Shown piece after piece: positions 51,219 through 59,818 of a DNA stretch of 64,000 nucleotides (position 1 is its first letter; each line of letters starts with the position of its first letter). Under the pieces are notes generated by a model. That model did no database searches. It had not been told where the DNA came from and was given only the letters and a program-made list of their open reading frames with translations. Where the stretch lies: positions 824,213 to 888,212 of the forward strand of contig JAXGOI010000001.1 of assembly GCA_040767605.1 (NCBI GenBank), given 5' to 3'. Source of the DNA: Clostridiales bacterium. Lineage in GTDB: Bacteria; Bacillota; Dehalobacteriia; UBA4068. The position numbers and the translations under genes were made by a program.

Positions 51219-52193
51219 TTATTTACCCTCGCGTATATACGGTACTCCTAGGGTTCGGGGAGCAACATTAACTTTGCGCTTATTTAACCAGCTAACTAAT
51301 ACTAAAATAATAATGGGCAGAAGATAGGGTATCATACGGAGGAAATAAGGGGGTATGCCGACACCTAAAGTTTCCAGGCGAAGGCCTAAAGAGTGGAATA
51401 TCCCAAAGATATATGCCCCCGCTACTGCGTTTAAGGGGTTCCAAAGGGAGAAATTCACCAGGGCAATGGCCAGCCAGCCGCGGCCGGCAGTCATACCCTC
51501 AACCCAGGAAAGGCTGTAGCCAAGGGATAAATACGCGCCCCCCATGCCGGCAAAAACGCTGCCTATAATTACGGCAATCATACGGATGCGGTAAATATTA
51601 ATCCCGGCGCTATCCACAGCCCCCGGCTGGTCGCCGGTGGCCCTAAGATAAAGGCCGTATTTGGTGCGGTAGATAAAAAACCAGGCTGCCACAGCCAGCA
51701 GAAGGGCAATAATAACCATTTCGTCCTGCTGCAGGAAGAGCTGTAATAACGGCATATCATTTAAAGCCTCCAGCTTAAAGGATTTAAAGGCATCCGGCGG
51801 AACCTTGCCTAAATAGGGCTTACCCAAAAGGCTGGAAAGGCCTATGCAAAAAATTATAAAGGCAATACCCGTGGCCACCTGATTGGCCCTAAGCTTAACC
51901 AGGAGAAATGCCAATAAAGCTCCAAGTATGGCGCAGAAAACCATAGCCCCTAAAAGACCCAGCCAGCGGTTACCGGTCATATTGGTAAACATGAAACCGC
52001 TCATGGCGCCCATTAGCATCATACCCTCAACACCAATATTCATAACGCCGGATTTTTGCGTGATAATTTCTCCGATGGCTGCGAAGAGTATGGGCGTACC
52101 GGCGGTAATACCGGCGGATAAAACATAGACAATGAATCTTAAATCAATCTCCCCCACCTTGTTTTCCCTCCTCTTTTTTAGCTTTTTTACCAA
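51219..52193 (-). CDS. Nucleoside-type ABC transporter permease
   Basis: GVMNIGVEGMMLMGA, MTAGRGWLAIA; true start probably the GTG near 52157. Confidence 0.9.
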   Translation of the reverse strand: MVKKLKKRRENKVGEIDLRFIVYVLSAGITAGTPILFAAIGEIITQKSGVMNIGVEGMMLMGAMSGFMFTNMTGNRWLGLLGAMVFCAILGALLAFLLVKLRANQVATGIAFIIFCIGLSSLLGKPYLGKVPPDAFKSFKLEALNDMPLLQLFLQQDEMVIIALLLAVAAWFFIYRTKYGLYLRATGDQPGAVDSAGINIYRIRMIAVIIGSVFAGMGGAYLSLGYSLSWVEGMTAGRGWLAIALVNFSLWNPLNAVAGAYIFGIFHSLGLRLETLGVGIPPYFLRMIPYLLPIIILVLVSWLNKRKVNVAPRTLGVPYIREGK

Positions 52194-53376
52194 GGGGCGT
52201 AAATAAATCCTTTATCATCCAGATCAGCCCCGTATTAGGGGCATCATCATCTAGGAAATCCGCCTCCTGGGCATCGTCATCATCCTTGGTTCCCTTGGGC
52301 ACCCAGGAAATCTTATAGAAAGTGAAGATTTCCCCCGCCAGAATGAAGAAAAGAATCAGGCCTTTAATAATTTGCACAATGGAGCTTTGAAAGCCCGCCA
52401 TTTGTAATTTAAAGCCCACAACCGTAAAGCCCGCGAATAAATAGCTTACAACCAGCACCACAAGGGGATTAAGACGGGAAACCCAGGCAATTACAAAGCC
52501 CGATAAACCATAATCCGAAGCAAGCTGCGGCCGGATACGATGGGAAACCCCGCATACCTCCAGAAAACCGGCCATCCCGGCTAAGCATCCGCTGACAAAC
52601 ATGGCAATAAAGAAAATCTTTTTAATATTAATCCCGGAATAGCGGGCGCTGGGGGTAGATAACCCCACGGCCCTCATTTCATAGCCGAAAACAGAGTTCC
52701 TCAATAAAAACCACACCGCAATAATGGCCAGTATTCCTATAACAAAGCCCCAGTGTAGCCTCCCGGCATTGGGTATTCGGGGTATAACGGAATTTGCAAA
52801 TATGGTAATGCTCTGGGGGGAAGTTGAAGTTGTATCCCGCCAGGCCAAATTAGAGAGATAGCCGATCCAATATCCGGCAACGCTGTTTAAAAGCACCGTT
52901 GTCAGGATTTCATTAATCCCAAAATAAATCCGGGGCAAAACAGATACATAACAGTAGAGGCCGGCTGCCGCCATAGAAGCAATAAAAATTATAGGGATCA
53001 TAATAAACCAGGGAAGATTAGGAAAGGCTATGCCAAGACCAGCCGCCACAGAAGCGCCTACCAAAAACTGACCCTCTACCCCAACATTCCAAAGCCCGGC
53101 CTTTGCCGCCACCACCACAGCCATAGCACAGAGGGAGAAAGAACTTACATATACTAAGAGGCTAAGAATACCGCCTTTTGTAAAATAGGTTTCTTTAAAG
53201 GTTTTTAAAATAATATTTAGGGCATCGTACCCGGCAATTTGTAAAACCAGAATACTCACCAGCAAAGAGAGAAAAACTGCCGCAACGGAAACCAGAATTA
53301 CGGATAAGGAATTTGCGGTTCGCCTTCTTTCAATTTTAAGCAATTTCGCCCCCTCCTTCCCCTTGGGCCCCGGCAT
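52144..53376 (-). CDS. Nucleoside-type ABC transporter permease
   Basis: WNVGVEGQ, NEILTTVLLN, GYEMRAVG; true start probably the TTG near 53343. Confidence 0.9.
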   Translation of the reverse strand: MPGPKGKEGAKLLKIERRRTANSLSVILVSVAAVFLSLLVSILVLQIAGYDALNIILKTFKETYFTKGGILSLLVYVSSFSLCAMAVVVAAKAGLWNVGVEGQFLVGASVAAGLGIAFPNLPWFIMIPIIFIASMAAAGLYCYVSVLPRIYFGINEILTTVLLNSVAGYWIGYLSNLAWRDTTSTSPQSITIFANSVIPRIPNAGRLHWGFVIGILAIIAVWFLLRNSVFGYEMRAVGLSTPSARYSGINIKKIFFIAMFVSGCLAGMAGFLEVCGVSHRIRPQLASDYGLSGFVIAWVSRLNPLVVLVVSYLFAGFTVVGFKLQMAGFQSSIVQIIKGLILFFILAGEIFTFYKISWVPKGTKDDDDAQEADFLDDDAPNTGLIWMIKDLFTPLGKKAKKEEGKQGGGD

Positions 53377-54892
53377 CGGCCAGACCCATCATGGCATAAC
53401 CCAGGGCATCTAATGTCCATTGATCATTGGCTTTCTTCTGAGTAAGGCTGCCTTTATACATAACGGCAATTTGATCCGAAACCTCAAAAAGCTCGTCTAA
53501 ATCTTCCGAAATTAGAAGTATGGCATAGCCCTTTTTCTGCTGCTCCAGTAAAAGGTCATGGACTCTCTCTACGGCGGAAACATCCAGGCCGTAGGTGGGG
53601 TGCACCGCCACAATAACTTTTGGGTTCTCATTTATTTCCCGGGCAAAAATCAGCTTTTGAATATTGCCGCCGGATAAAAACCGAATTGGCAGATAAGGGG
53701 TGGCCATTCTGACATCAAATTCCCGCATCAGCCGGTTACCAAAGCTTACCACCTCTTTTTGGTCTATCATTCCCCCCTTGCGCACAGGCGCCCGGTCATA
53801 AGATTTTGAAATAATATTTTCATAACAGGTAAAATCGGCAACGCATCCTACCCCTATTCTGTCTTCCGGTACATGGCTTACCCCCGCGTTTATAAAATCC
53901 TGGGGGTTTTTATTGGTTAATTCCTGCTTATCTACATAAATAGCGCCGCAGGTAACCTGGTGCAGGCCCGTAAGGCATTCCGCCAGCTGAGATTGGCCGT
54001 TACCGGATACCCCCGCAATACCCAATATCTCGCCGGAGGCCACCTCCAGGGAGACATTATCTAAAAGCAATTGTCTTTTTTCCCCCACGGCGGAAATATT
54101 ATCCACTTTAAGCATGGCATCGCCTTTGCCGTTGGAGAGGGTTTTTTTCCGGGTAGAGGCCCTCATTTCGCGGCCTACCATCATATGGGCCAGCTCATGG
54201 GCATTGGTATCTTCCTTATTCATGGTTTTGATAACCTCGCCCCGGCGCAAAATTGTAACTCTGTCGGCAATCTGAATAACCTCATTTAGCTTATGGCTGA
54301 TAAAGATTACTGTTTTGCCCTGCTCCTTCATTTGCATAAGGTTTTTAAACAGCTCCTGGCTTTCCTGAGGGGTTAAAACCGAGGTTGGCTCGTCCAAAAT
54401 CAGAAGATCAACATCCCGGTAAAGCATTTTTACAATTTCCACCCTTTGCATTTCACCCGCGGAAAGCTTAGAAACTATTGCCTCGGGCTGAATAGGCAAA
54501 TTAAATTTCTCCGTAACATCCATAAGCTTTTTATATAGCTTGCGCTTGCGGATGATTCTGCCCAAATCCTCATGGCCCATAAGTATATTCTCCGCAACGG
54601 AAAGGGTTTCCACAAGTTTAAAGTGCTGGTGTACCATGCCGATACCCAGGCAGCAGGCATATCTGGGGTTTTTAATATACTCCTCCTTGCCGTTAAAAAG
54701 TATCTTGCCTTCATCCGGTATATACAGCCCTATTAAAATATTCATTAAAGTGGATTTCCCTGCCCCGTTTTCCCCCAATAGGGCATGAATTTCGCCCCGT
54801 TTGATTTTAAGGTTGATGTCTTTATTAGCCGCAACCTTGTTAAAGCGCTTGGTTACATGCTGTAACTCTAAAATATATTCCGTGTTGGCCAA
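53336..54892 (-). CDS. ABC transporter ATP-binding protein (two NBDs, CUT2 type)
   Basis: GENGAGKST, LILDEPT, LSGGNIQK. Confidence 0.95.
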   Translation of the reverse strand: MANTEYILELQHVTKRFNKVAANKDINLKIKRGEIHALLGENGAGKSTLMNILIGLYIPDEGKILFNGKEEYIKNPRYACCLGIGMVHQHFKLVETLSVAENILMGHEDLGRIIRKRKLYKKLMDVTEKFNLPIQPEAIVSKLSAGEMQRVEIVKMLYRDVDLLILDEPTSVLTPQESQELFKNLMQMKEQGKTVIFISHKLNEVIQIADRVTILRRGEVIKTMNKEDTNAHELAHMMVGREMRASTRKKTLSNGKGDAMLKVDNISAVGEKRQLLLDNVSLEVASGEILGIAGVSGNGQSQLAECLTGLHQVTCGAIYVDKQELTNKNPQDFINAGVSHVPEDRIGVGCVADFTCYENIISKSYDRAPVRKGGMIDQKEVVSFGNRLMREFDVRMATPYLPIRFLSGGNIQKLIFAREINENPKVIVAVHPTYGLDVSAVERVHDLLLEQQKKGYAILLISEDLDELFEVSDQIAVMYKGSLTQKKANDQWTLDALGYAMMGLADAGAQGEGGGEIA

Positions 54893-54948
54893 CCTAAATC
54901 ACTTCCTTCTTTTCAGTATACATCTGCGCTTAACCCCCAAATCCTGCC

Positions 54949-56031
54949 TTAATTGGCTCCTCCCATAGCATCGGCAGCGATTATAGCGTTTAGAATTTCC
55001 CCGGCGGTAATATTATTACCCTCATGATGCAAATAAGGGTCATTATAAGCGGCTATTGCCACATCATGCAGTTTTTCCCGGCTAATGCCTTCCAGATGCA
55101 ATTCCTCAAAAGTAGTGGGTAAACCCACTTGTTTATAAAAATCATAAAGCTCAGCCAATTCCCCCGGGGGGGCATCCGTAAGATGCAGCTCGGCTAAAAT
55201 CCCGAAGGCTACGATTTCCCCATGGAGACAGCTATGAATTTCAGGCAGTATAGTCAGCCCATTATGTATGGCATGAGCCGCTGCCAGTCCGCTGCCTTCA
55301 AAAGCGATACCGGCGGCTAAAAGGTTAATTTCTATTATCCGCTCAACAGCGGGGGTAACGGCCTTTTTCTCATAAGCGAGCTTTGCGGCAAGGCCGTATT
55401 CTAATATGCTCTTATAACAGTATTCACTAAGGGCCAAAGCGCAAAAGGTCTGCCTGGCGGAGAGGGAATTTTGGGCCCCGGTTTTTTGGCAGGCCCTGCC
55501 TTCAAAATAAGTTGCCAGAGCATCCCCCATACCGGCCACAAAATAGCGCACCCCGGAACCGATAATAATTTCATTATCCACCAGTAAAACATCGGGGCTG
55601 TGCTTTTCATAATATACGGATTCGGCAATACCCTCGGGGGTATAAATAACGGAGCAAGCGCTGAAAGCGGCGCTGCTTGCCGCTACACTGGGAACCATTA
55701 TTACCCTTAAATCCAGCTTGTCCCCGATAACTTTAGCGGTATCCACCACTTTACCGCCGCCTAGGCCGACAATTACCGTATAACCCCCCTGGGAAACCTC
55801 CTCAATAAGGCGGTTAATCTCCTGCCAGCAGCAATGAGCGGAAAAGGCTCTGACGGTATAAAGATTCTTCCAGCCCCGGGCTTCGGCTAAAGAAATCATA
55901 GACGGGGTAACCAGTAAAAAAGCCTTACCGCCATAAAGGTCAATAAGCCCGGGTAACTCCCCTATGGCATTATTACCCTGAATATACTTTCCCGTAAAGT
56001 ATGATTTTCTTAAGTCCATTGCATTTGCCAC
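54949..56031 (-). CDS. Glycerol-dehydrogenase (GldA)-family oxidoreductase, divergent paralog
   Basis: GLGGGK, AGMGDALATYFE, AAAHAIHNGLT, HGEIVAFG; GTG 56031 after GGGAGG; ASTDAP replaced by AASSAA. Confidence 0.85.
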   Translation of the reverse strand: MANAMDLRKSYFTGKYIQGNNAIGELPGLIDLYGGKAFLLVTPSMISLAEARGWKNLYTVRAFSAHCCWQEINRLIEEVSQGGYTVIVGLGGGKVVDTAKVIGDKLDLRVIMVPSVAASSAAFSACSVIYTPEGIAESVYYEKHSPDVLLVDNEIIIGSGVRYFVAGMGDALATYFEGRACQKTGAQNSLSARQTFCALALSEYCYKSILEYGLAAKLAYEKKAVTPAVERIIEINLLAAGIAFEGSGLAAAHAIHNGLTILPEIHSCLHGEIVAFGILAELHLTDAPPGELAELYDFYKQVGLPTTFEELHLEGISREKLHDVAIAAYNDPYLHHEGNNITAGEILNAIIAADAMGGAN

Positions 56032-56429
56032 AGCAGTGCCTCCCGTGCTTATTAAATTATCCTGAGTAAAAACTGCTGCCTTAAACCCCCTCATCATATA
56101 TGCACGGATAAAGGGAATATTCCGGCGCCCGTGTTCAGTACAAGTGTACTTAAAGCGACAGTTTTATTTTACATGAATTATAATGCCTAATGCTATAATT
56201 GTCAAGGGCTCCTGAACCTTAAAATGCACTACAACTCCTTCTTTTCTATTGGAAATTTATTCTAAAGCCCTGCAAAAGGGCTGCAAAAAAACTTTTTATT
56301 GTAGCTTTGCTTTAAACATTTAAAAAATTTCCAGCACTAATAGTTATTTATACTGGACAAACTTATCCCCTGCATGATACAATATTTCCATAATAATTAT
56401 CACTTAAATCATTAAAAGGGGGTAAACCA

Positions 56430-57533
56430 ATGGCCATAGTTATACAATCACCATGGAAATATGTTCAAGGACCGCATGTATTTGAAAACCTTGGGGAATA
56501 TGCCCGTACCTATGGGGATAATTACCTGATTTTAACCAGTAAAACTCCGCTGAAATTCTTTAAAGAGAAAATAGAAAAAAGCTTTCAGGAATGTAATATT
56601 AAAGGAACCTTTGAGGTTTTTAACGGTCAATGCACTCTTAAAGAAATTGCCAGAGTTGAAGAGCTGGTAAAAGAGAACGGCTATAATGCCATAATCGGCT
56701 TGGGAGGCGGCAAGGTATTGGATGTTTCCCGCTGCGTAGCGGGGAATTTAAAGCTCCCCTTAGTTATTGCTCCCACTATTGCCTCAACAGACGCACCCAC
56801 CAGCTCGGATTCCGTAGTTTATAATGAAGACGGCACGGTGGCCTTTGCTCCCGTATATCCTCATAATCCTCATCTGGTAATTGTAGACAGCCATGTTATA
56901 GCAAATGCCCCTGTTCGTATGCTGGTAGCCGGCATGGGAGATGCTCTGGCAACTTATTTTGAGGCCAGGGTTTGCGCCGAAATGAATTCCCCCAGCACAT
57001 TGGGGCACGGTCTTTCCGTAGCTGCTCTGGCTTTGGCAAGAGCCTGTTATGATACCCTTATGGAGCATGGTTATAAAGCTAAAATTGCCAATGCCAATAA
57101 AAAAGTAACCCCCTCTTTAGAGAAAATTATTGAAGCCAATACCTATCTCAGCGGCATTGGTTTTGAAAGCGGCGGCCTTTCCTTATGCCATGCCATGCAT
57201 GACGCTTTAACCGCTATTCCCGAATGCCATAAATTCCTCCATGGGGAAAAGGTAGCCTTTGGGGCTGTAACCATGCTGGTAATGGAAAACCGCCCCCAGG
57301 AGGAAATCGAAAAAACTCTTGCCTTCTGCGCCAGTGTTGGGCTCCCTATTACCCTGGCCCAGCTGGATATAACAGAAAATGTGGAGGAAAAACTCCGCAA
57401 GGTTATACACATAGCCGTACCCAAAGACCATGCCCTTTATCGTATTCCCCCCGGCATAACTGAAGATGCGGCGGTTGGGGCGGTTTTAGTAACAGACCAA
57501 TTAGGCAGGGACTTTTTAGCAAAGCAAAAATAA
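56430..57533 (+). CDS. Glycerol-dehydrogenase (GldA)-family oxidoreductase
   Basis: SPWKYVQG, IASTDAP, AGMGDALATYFEA, GFESGGL..HAMH, HGEKVAFG. Confidence 0.9.
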   Translation: MAIVIQSPWKYVQGPHVFENLGEYARTYGDNYLILTSKTPLKFFKEKIEKSFQECNIKGTFEVFNGQCTLKEIARVEELVKENGYNAIIGLGGGKVLDVSRCVAGNLKLPLVIAPTIASTDAPTSSDSVVYNEDGTVAFAPVYPHNPHLVIVDSHVIANAPVRMLVAGMGDALATYFEARVCAEMNSPSTLGHGLSVAALALARACYDTLMEHGYKAKIANANKKVTPSLEKIIEANTYLSGIGFESGGLSLCHAMHDALTAIPECHKFLHGEKVAFGAVTMLVMENRPQEEIEKTLAFCASVGLPITLAQLDITENVEEKLRKVIHIAVPKDHALYRIPPGITEDAAVGAVLVTDQLGRDFLAKQK

Positions 57534-57571
57534 AACACCATCCTCAGTATTCCATCGCCTGTTCTATTCAG

Positions 57572-57609
57572 GTTAAAGCCGGAGCCTTTAGGCTCCGGCT
57601 TTAACTTTT
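57572..57609 (+). terminator. Intrinsic terminator
   Basis: GTTAAAGCCGGAGCC-ttta-GGCTCCGGCTTTAAC followed by a T-run. Confidence 0.85.
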
Positions 57610-57812
57610 ATGCTCTTTCCGGTATTTATACCCCTTTGGCCTTTTATACCGGCTTTAGCTTTTATTATCTGCTTTTATTTTATACCCCTCCCTTACTTTT
57701 ATACAAAAGTAGCGGGGTAATTATTCGCATAAATTATTAACTGTAAAGAGGCTTCGTCATAGGCATCGGCCAGCTATCTAATCATATAAATCTCCGGTAT
57801 ATTTATAAATGC

Positions 57813-57845
57813 GAAACCCCGCGCGGCTATGCCGCGCGGGGTTTC
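57813..57845. terminator. Strong GC hairpin downstream of the HisB-like gene
   Basis: GAAACCCCGCGCGGC-tat-GCCGCGCGGGGTTTC. Confidence 0.75.
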
Positions 57846-57867
57846 TGAGGAATGCGGATTTGACTTA

Positions 57868-58530
57868 TTATACAAGGGAGGCGTCGGCGATGCCTTCCTC
57901 GCCATAATACGGATTATGGCTGGCTTTACGCCAGGGGTTGGCTTCATAAGCCATACGCAGAGCTTCACCCACAGCGTGGAAAGCGGATTCCCAAGCATGG
58001 TGAGCATCTCTGGATTTTAAGAAATCTAAATGCAGGGTTGCAGGGAAGCCCTGGAAGAAACCTTCCATAAAGCCTTCCATATCAGCAAATTGCATATCTT
58101 CAACCATTTCAATTCTTCTTACTTTATCGGTATAGGTAATAAAGACATTCCGGCGGCCTTCCATGCTCACCATTGCGCTGGCCAGGGATTCATCCAGGCC
58201 GAATAAGGCAAAACCGTTAATGTTCATGCCCTCATTATTGAGCTTGGTATAGAAGAGCTTTTTCAAGGCGGCGCCTAAGGTTATGGCAACGTCTTCGGCA
58301 ATGGTATGAGTGGAACGCCATTTGCCGCACTCAACTTTACAGCCAATGGACATGCAAAGACCCCAGGAAAAGGTGTCAAGCATATGATCCAGGAAATGAA
58401 TGGTTGTATCCGGGCGCAATTCCGGCCGGTAATCTGTAGTTACCTCTATGGTAATATCAATTTCTTGGGTCTTCTTTTGGAGCTTAACATAAGTAGGGGT
58501 CTCTTTATGCAAAGTAAATAAATGTGCCAT
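57868..58530 (-). CDS. Divergent imidazoleglycerol-phosphate dehydratase (HisB/IGPD)-fold protein
   Basis: FLDHML, HTIAEDVAITLG, LDESL, GR, HHAWE; lacks PSTKG; not in a his operon. Confidence 0.8.
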   Translation of the reverse strand: MAHLFTLHKETPTYVKLQKKTQEIDITIEVTTDYRPELRPDTTIHFLDHMLDTFSWGLCMSIGCKVECGKWRSTHTIAEDVAITLGAALKKLFYTKLNNEGMNINGFALFGLDESLASAMVSMEGRRNVFITYTDKVRRIEMVEDMQFADMEGFMEGFFQGFPATLHLDFLKSRDAHHAWESAFHAVGEALRMAYEANPWRKASHNPYYGEEGIADASLV

Positions 58531-58896
58531 TTTGCATCGTCCTTTCTTTTTTAATTTTTAATCATATGGCGCGAGGGATAACTATACCTGTGCAACCATC
58601 TAATTTAACAAGAATATAACACCAATATAGTCTTTTGTCAAGTATCTTTATACAAAAAAACGATATTCCGCCACTTTTATTAATCTTTTATTTCCGACAT
58701 AAATCTGTTATCTTTGGGGTATGCCAGTTTTACTGGTGTTACGGTACAAAAAGACAAAATTTTTTATTTGGCGAGGCTTAAAATATGCTTAACCTAGTTG
58801 GACATTAAATTTTTTAGCTTTTGCAATATATACTGGACATAATCAGGAAAATAGATTAAAATATATTTTAAGATAATTTCTAAGGAGGAGCATTTA

Positions 58897-59499
58897 ATGG
58901 TTGATGTTGGGAAGAGACTTACTGAGTTAAGAAAGGGAAAAAATCTATCCATGGCTGCGCTTGCTAAAATTGTTGGGGTTTCCAGAAGCTTAATCAGCCA
59001 GGTGGAAAAAAACGATGCCTACCCCTCCTTACAAACATTAAGTAAAATTGTGGAGGCTCTGGGCACATCCATGAGCGAATTTTTCCGCGTTGAGCCTAAT
59101 GCCAAAAATGAAAATGCTTTAATTGTACGCTCCGATGCCCGGGATGTAATCTATATGCAGGATTCAGAAATGAAATATTATATTCTTTCCCCCAGCGCCT
59201 ACCGGGATATGGAGTTTTTAATTTCCGAATTCCCCCCTTATAGGGAAGGCGCCGCCATTGATTATTTCCGTCATGAGGGCCATGAGTATTTCTATGTGCT
59301 TAAGGGCCAGCTCCAGCTTACCCTGGGGGATGAAACATATTTGCTGAATGAAGGAGACAGCGGCGGCTTTGATGCAGGGCAAACTCATTATTTTGTAAAT
59401 AAAACCAATGAAATTGCCAGGCTGATTGTGGCGGCCACCGAGCCCTGCGTACAAATAAACCCGGAGAAAATCTCCGGCCCGGGGGAAATACAGGTATAA
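58897..59499 (+). CDS. XRE-HTH + cupin transcriptional regulator
   Basis: LAKIVGVSRSLISQVE..YPSL; HEGHE..YVLKG; EGDS..F...H. Confidence 0.92.
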   Translation: MVDVGKRLTELRKGKNLSMAALAKIVGVSRSLISQVEKNDAYPSLQTLSKIVEALGTSMSEFFRVEPNAKNENALIVRSDARDVIYMQDSEMKYYILSPSAYRDMEFLISEFPPYREGAAIDYFRHEGHEYFYVLKGQLQLTLGDETYLLNEGDSGGFDAGQTHYFVNKTNEIARLIVAATEPCVQINPEKISGPGEIQV

Positions 59500-59703
59500 A
59501 CTATTAAATATTTGATATTGGGTATTATTATATTAATTAAAAATAAACCGCCCCGGCTGCTTTGCCTGATTTAAACCGCATAAATATTTAAAACCCCCAG
59601 CTTAGGCAAGTTAAGTGCCGTTTATCTAAAATACAGATAAAGCCCTTTTAAATAATGGGCAAGGCTGCTCTTGATTATTTAGCAAAATTTGTTTAAAATC
59701 TTA

Positions 59704-59764
59704 AAATACAACCGCCGGAAAAAATCTTCTCTATTCTCAAATTTTAGTAAAAAAATAAAGCCCG
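59704..59764. repeat. Direct repeat, right copy (partner at 48236-48301); overlaps the fprA terminator
   Basis: aaccgccggaaaaaatcttctctattctcaaattttagtaaaaaaataaagcccg. Confidence 0.85.
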
Positions 59765-59792
59765 TATGAGAAAATTCTCAAACGGGCTTTTA
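59757..59792 (-). terminator. Intrinsic terminator of fprA
   Basis: AAAGCCCGT.TGAGAA...TTCTCA.ACGGGCTTT with a minus-strand T-tract. Confidence 0.75.
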
Positions 59793-59818
59793 TTAATGAT
59801 TAAAACCTAAAAGCCGAA

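Noticed and set aside
57868-58530. Calling the gene hisB
   Set aside because: Several phosphate- and metal-binding residues are altered and no his operon context exists
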